From: a bacterium
Lineage (GTDB): Bacteria > UBA8248 > JACPRG01 > G963555815
Length of the DNA stretch: 64,000 bases
Direction of reading: 5' to 3'
NCBI GenBank assembly: GCA_965218795.1
Contig: OZ244653.1
Coordinates: 448,001-512,000 of the forward strand
Shown here: one piece after another, positions 59,661 to 64,000 of the stretch
Layout: the number at the start of each line of letters is the position of its first letter
How positions within the stretch are numbered: position 1 is the first letter of the stretch
Notes under the pieces: generated by a model
Database searches by the model: none
The model's input: the letters and a program-made list of their open reading frames with translations, nothing else
Told to the model about the DNA's origin: nothing
Position numbers and translations under genes: made by a program

Positions 59661-60309
59661 AGCGGGAGAGAGGGTGAACGCCGTGAGGAGGGAGAGAGAG
59701 GGCCCCGGGCATCGGCAACACGCAAGGAGAACCGAAATGCAATCCGTTACCTTCAGGAGCATCGCCCGTACGAGTCGAGGGTCTACGACGATGGCAATCT
59801 CGTCGCCAAGGTTGCGGAGCGACTCGTCGATACGCGTCCGTTGCGGTGACGGGCCATGCAGTATGCGGGCGATCCCTTCGGGCCGGGCTCTCCGCTGCAA
59901 TCTCCGCTTGCCGGGCCGGCGCCCGAGACCCGGGTCTCAATTCCGGAACCGCCCAGGGGGTCCGCGCCAATCGCTAACAATATCCCTCTCGACGTGATGG
60001 CCCATTGTCCCACACGTGCTCGCGGCGCCAACCCCCAAGGGGTCCTACTCTCCGCTACGCTCCGTTCCGGCCTTGGCTCGCAAGGCTACGGCGCAAAAGC
60101 GCCTAGGCGCGCCAAGAAACGCGACCGAGGCTCCGCGCTCCCTGCGGTCGCTTGTGCGCCCGCACCACTCGCGCCCCTCGCCGCGCCAGGCCTTGCGGCC
60201 GCGGTGACTTTGCTGCGCGCGCGTGGGCCACTCAACCATCACGTTCGGAGACTCTCTCCGCACAACGAACCATAACGGTTCTCTACACTCAATCCATAAG
60301 GAGAGCATC

Positions 60310-61233
60310 ATGAACGATATCGACAACATCCAAGCGCAAGCGCAGTCCGTCACCGCCACCGTCTGCGACCAGGCGGCTCTCTTCGGCGCTACCCCGGAGC
60401 AAGACGAATTCGACAACCGGGAGCTCTGGGACCCGGAGAACGCCCTCTCCGCCGTCACGGAAGCCTTCCGCATCATGGCACACGGCGTCGCGCCCGACGG
60501 AACGCAACTCGCCGACGAGCGCGAGAGCCTGCTCTGGGGCTTCGTCAACATGCTCGACGCCCAGACCCAGCGCCTCGACCGCGCGGCCGACAGGCTCGTC
60601 CCCGAGATGCGCGACCTCCAGCGCGAGCAGGACGGCTCGGAGTTCAGGTCCCGAGAGCTCGAACTCGTCACCGACCGAACCAAGAACCTCACGGACCGGC
60701 GGGACGCCTTCGAGCAGCTCAGAGACACCGCGGCCGAGGCCTACCGGGTCGAGACCGGAGACCTCTGGCGGCCCCGGCGCGGGTCCCACACCAGCCAGAC
60801 CGGCAAGCTCACTTCGGCCATGATCGATGCCCGCGACTTCCAGCGTGCCCGCAGGGACCGCGAGAACAAGGCCCTCCTGCCCCAGGGAACGCTCGTCGCG
60901 GTGGCAGGCGGCAGGCAGGCCGGCGACGCCGGTACGGTCATCCGGCATCTGGAGAAGCTCAGGGCGAAGTACGACGATGTGGTCCTGGTCCACGGCGGCG
61001 GCCCCGGCGTCGAGCGCATCGCGGCCAAGTGGGCGGACCGCAACGGCGTCCACCAGATCGTCTGCAAGCCCGACTGGGACGCACACGGCAGGGCCGCTCC
61101 CTTCCGGCGCAATGACGAGCTGCTCGATCTCCTCCCCAAGGGCGTCATCGCGTTCCCGGGTTCGGGCATCACGGACAATCTGGTCGACAAGGCGCGCAAG
61201 CTCGGTATCCCGGTCCAGTGCGTCGCCGCCTGA
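60310..61233 (+). CDS. DUF2493 (YspA/SLOG-like) protein
   Basis: VAVAGGR, LVHGG, IAAKWA, AAPFRRND, IAFPGSGIT..KARKLGIPV. Confidence 0.85.
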   Translation: MNDIDNIQAQAQSVTATVCDQAALFGATPEQDEFDNRELWDPENALSAVTEAFRIMAHGVAPDGTQLADERESLLWGFVNMLDAQTQRLDRAADRLVPEMRDLQREQDGSEFRSRELELVTDRTKNLTDRRDAFEQLRDTAAEAYRVETGDLWRPRRGSHTSQTGKLTSAMIDARDFQRARRDRENKALLPQGTLVAVAGGRQAGDAGTVIRHLEKLRAKYDDVVLVHGGGPGVERIAAKWADRNGVHQIVCKPDWDAHGRAAPFRRNDELLDLLPKGVIAFPGSGITDNLVDKARKLGIPVQCVAA

Positions 61234-61248
61234 GACGAGCGACCTCGC

Positions 61249-61290
61249 GGGTCGCATCGCCACCCGGCGGTGCGGCCCGTTCTTCCTTCC
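61249..61290 (+). terminator. Terminator-like hairpin
   Basis: GGGTCGCATCGCC-ACCC-GGCGGTGCGGCCC followed by a pyrimidine tract. Confidence 0.5.
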
Positions 61291-61608
61291 CTGCACCGCC
61301 CGCCGCACTTCGCACCGCACCGGTGCGAACCCCACTGCTGACTCCGTCCCGCACCGCTCCATGCACCGTGCTCCGCACGGCCGCCCGCTCAATCGCCGCG
61401 GCGGCTCCCCCGCGCGTCCCGCGCCCGCGGAGATCTTCCCTTCGTTCCTTTTACTGATTTCGGTCTGTTGGACGCCAGTCGGCGTTTCACTCTCACACCT
61501 GACGCATCGCTGATGCCCTCGCAAGCCCGCGCGCGCTTGTCTTGCAGTGTCTTGCGCAAACAACGTCAGGGGCCGCCCGGTTGATGTTGGATCGAGCGCA
61601 TGCCGCAC

Positions 61609-61729
61609 CGATACACGTCCTTAACTCATTGATATATAATGACATTTGTCCGGACCGGTATGCGATCGATACACGGCCGCCACCAATCCGGGTGTGCGCG
61701 GGAATGCGCCGGGCCCATAGCGATACACG
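61609..61729. repeat. Three CGATACACG direct repeats around an AT-rich palindrome
   Basis: Copies at 61609, 61667 and 61721; TCATT-GATATAT-AATGA lies between copies 1 and 2. Confidence 0.6.
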
Positions 61730-61954
61730 CCAGGATTCCCGGTGTCCGCGGCAATGTCACGATGTTCCCGCCGGGCAATCATGTGCACCGGGATCAAACG
61801 TGATGCCTAGTATCGCTGCCAAGCTGATGTTTCCTGCCTTGCAGGATCGCCATGACATGGGCGGTTCGGTAGTCAAAGGGTTCAGGGTCGCGCTATTTTT
61901 CATCGAAAGCGGCACCGTATCATCACCAATCGGGCAGCAGGAAGGAGCAAGACC

Positions 61955-62338
61955 ATGGCCGAAGACGAACACATCGCCACCGGAACCGATGAAGATCGGA
62001 ACGCAAGACAGAGCGATGTGCGCAGGACGCGGGGCATCCGGTTCTCCGATGTAGAGTGGGAAGAGGTCAAGAAAGCGGCCGAAAAGCATGGCGTTCCGGC
62101 CGCAGAGTTCGTCCGGGACACGGTTTTGGACCTCGCCCGCGGCAGGATCGGCGCCGCATCGGCGGCGATTCCGCCCGGTCTCGCCGCACTCATCGAGAGC
62201 ACCTATCGCGGCGTTTACATCCTTACGACCCTGAAACGCGCAGAGATGATCCGCGAGGGCCGCGGCGAAGAGCTGGACGAGATCGTTCAGGCCGCACGCA
62301 ACGCGCATGCAGACACGCTGAAGAAGGCCTCCGAATGA
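61955..62338 (+). CDS. Ribbon-helix-helix/MobC-like small DNA-binding protein
   Basis: RTRGIRFSDVEWEEVKKAAEKHGVPAAEFVRD; RBS GAAGGAG. Confidence 0.65.
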   Translation: MAEDEHIATGTDEDRNARQSDVRRTRGIRFSDVEWEEVKKAAEKHGVPAAEFVRDTVLDLARGRIGAASAAIPPGLAALIESTYRGVYILTTLKRAEMIREGRGEELDEIVQAARNAHADTLKKASE

Positions 62339-62441
62339 TCTGTTTCGCGTGTGCCCACCTTGCGTATTCGGCGCCTGCCCCGACGCCCTTCATGCCGCCG
62401 GCACGCACGGCGCTGAAGCGATCGCGGCCAGGGCAGTGTGA

Positions 62442-64000
62442 ATGACGGGCGGCCCCGACCCTTCCGGCCATGACGGTGATTCGGCCCGGCGTGCCTGGGA
62501 AGGAGCGCCGAACCCCGTGCCCGGCCGCGAGGTTCTGGCCGGTCTTGTCGAGCGGGTGACCTTCCACAACCCGGAGAACGGGTTCTGCGTGCTGCGGATC
62601 AAGGCCCGGGGCCGGCGTGATCTGGTCACCGCGGTCGGCCATGCCGCGACGATTTCCGCCGGCGAATGGGTGACCGCCTCCGGAGAATGGGCCAACGACC
62701 GCACCCACGGCCTGCAATTCCGCGCGCGGCTGCTGAATACCTCCGCTCCCTCGTCGCTGGATGGTATCGAGAAGTATCTTGGTTCCGGAATGATCCGGGG
62801 CATCGGACCGGTCTATGCGAAACGCATGGTGCGGCTGTTCGGCAAGGACGTGTTCGACATCATCGAGGCCAGCCCCGAGCGCCTGCGCGAGGTCGAAGGG
62901 ATCGGTCCGAAGCGGGCGGAGCGGATCACCTCGGCCTGGGCCGACCAGAAGGCGATCCGCGAGATCATGGTGTTCCTGCACCAGCACGGCGTGGGCACGG
63001 CCCGGGCGGTGCGCATCTTCAAGACCTATGGCGCGGACGCGGTCGAGGTCATGAGCGAGAACCCCTACCGTCTGGCCCGGGACATCCGGGGGATCGGCTT
63101 CCGCACCGCCGACCTGATCGCGGAAAAGCTCGGCATCGGGAAGACCGCGATGATCCGGGTGCGCGCCGGGATATCGTTCGCGCTGTCCGAAGCCATGAGC
63201 GACGGCCATTGTGGGCTGCCCACTACGGAGCTGAAGAAGCTCTCGGAGAAGCTGCTCGAGGTGCCCGAAGAGCTGGTGACAACCGCCGTGGAGATGGAGT
63301 TGTCCGAGCGAACCGTGACCGCGGACAGCGTGGAAGAGACCCCGTGCATCTTCCTGAGCGGCCTGTACCATGCCGAACGGACCGTCGGGGAGCACTTGCG
63401 GAGGATAGCCGCCGGGCCGTTGCCCTGGAGCAGAATCGACGCGGACAAGGCGCTACCCTGGGTCGAGGCCTGTACCGGGCTCACGCTCGCCGGGAGCCAG
63501 GCCCATGCGGTGCGCCTCGCACTGGGCTCGAAGGCGACGGTCATCACGGGCGGTCCCGGTGTCGGCAAGACGACCATCGTCAATGTGATCCTGCGGATCC
63601 TCTTGGCCAAGGACGCGAAACTCCTGCTTTGCGCACCCACGGGCCGTGCCGCCAAGCGCATGTCCGAGGCCACCGGCATGAAGGCGAAGACCATCCACCG
63701 GCTGCTGGAGTTCGAGCCCAGGATCTTCGGGTTCCGGCGCAACGAGGACAGTCCGCTCGACTGCGACCTCCTCGTGGTGGATGAAAGCTCAATGGTGGAT
63801 GTGATGCTCATGCAGTCTCTGCTGAAGGCGGCGCCCGACCATGCCGCCCTGTTGCTCGTCGGCGACATCGACCAGTTGCCTTCCGTGGGTCCGGGCCAGG
63901 TGCTCTCCGACATCATCGCCTCGGGAGCCGTTCCCGTCGTGCGGCTGACGGAGGTGTTCCGTCAGGCCTCCCGGAGCCGGATCGTGACCAATGCCCACCG
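62442..64000 (+). CDS. recD2: RecD2-like ATP-dependent helicase (runs off the window; missing from the ORF track)
   Basis: LVERVTFHNPENGFCVLR, YLGSGMIRGIGP, ENPYRLARDIRGIGFRTAD, TGGPGVGKTT, APTGRAAKR, VVDESSMVD, VGDIDQLPSVGPG. Confidence 0.93.
   Translation, partial: MTGGPDPSGHDGDSARRAWEGAPNPVPGREVLAGLVERVTFHNPENGFCVLRIKARGRRDLVTAVGHAATISAGEWVTASGEWANDRTHGLQFRARLLNTSAPSSLDGIEKYLGSGMIRGIGPVYAKRMVRLFGKDVFDIIEASPERLREVEGIGPKRAERITSAWADQKAIREIMVFLHQHGVGTARAVRIFKTYGADAVEVMSENPYRLARDIRGIGFRTADLIAEKLGIGKTAMIRVRAGISFALSEAMSDGHCGLPTTELKKLSEKLLEVPEELVTTAVEMELSERTVTADSVEETPCIFLSGLYHAERTVGEHLRRIAAGPLPWSRIDADKALPWVEACTGLTLAGSQAHAVRLALGSKATVITGGPGVGKTTIVNVILRILLAKDAKLLLCAPTGRAAKRMSEATGMKAKTIHRLLEFEPRIFGFRRNEDSPLDCDLLVVDESSMVDVMLMQSLLKAAPDHAALLLVGDIDQLPSVGPGQVLSDIIASGAVPVVRLTEVFRQASRSRIVTNAH

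Larger units (their letters stand above)
28300..64000. mobile_element. Degraded integrative conjugative/mobilisable island with defence cargo (right end outside window)
   Basis: Integrases, att fragment, IS elements, relaxase remnants, ssb, primase, recD2 and many pseudogenes; abrupt AT-rich junction near 28300. Confidence 0.85.

Noticed and set aside
1-64000. TGA reassigned genome-wide (genetic code 4 or 25)
   Set aside because: TGA ends many conserved genes at their expected C-termini (pheA, aroC, rpiB, glyA); read-through is supported only at two catalytic Cys sites.
1-64000. CRISPR array or rRNA
   Set aside because: No regularly spaced repeat-spacer series or rRNA-like sequence seen.

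Overview
The window has two halves. 1-28.3 kb is bacterial core chromosome: a ThDP enzyme, an aldehyde:ferredoxin oxidoreductase, pheA-hisC-[tyrA-cmk fusion]-rpsA-sppA-ihfB, miaA-aroK-aroC-aroA, ogt, rpiB-glyA-nrdR, a redoxin and an ArsR-SRPBCC-VOC-TfoX operon. The ORF track truncates or splits two genes here because each has an in-frame TGA exactly at a catalytic Cys, followed by a SECIS-like hairpin. They are an O6-alkylguanine alkyltransferase (P-U-HRV) and a UxxC redoxin, so both are probable selenoproteins. From ~28.3 kb to the end is a decaying integrative/conjugative island. It holds tandem tyrosine integrases plus two remnants, a tRNA-fMet 3'-half att site, IS1182 and IS3 insertions with clear inverted repeats and target duplications, and MOBF relaxase fragments. 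It also carries ssb, a toprim primase, a DUF2493 protein and recD2. Its defence-like cargo is Fic, a trypsin-like protease and a tightly coupled AbiEi-AbiEii-Mrr-STAND/nuclease operon. All family calls come from reading motifs by eye; no database search was run.
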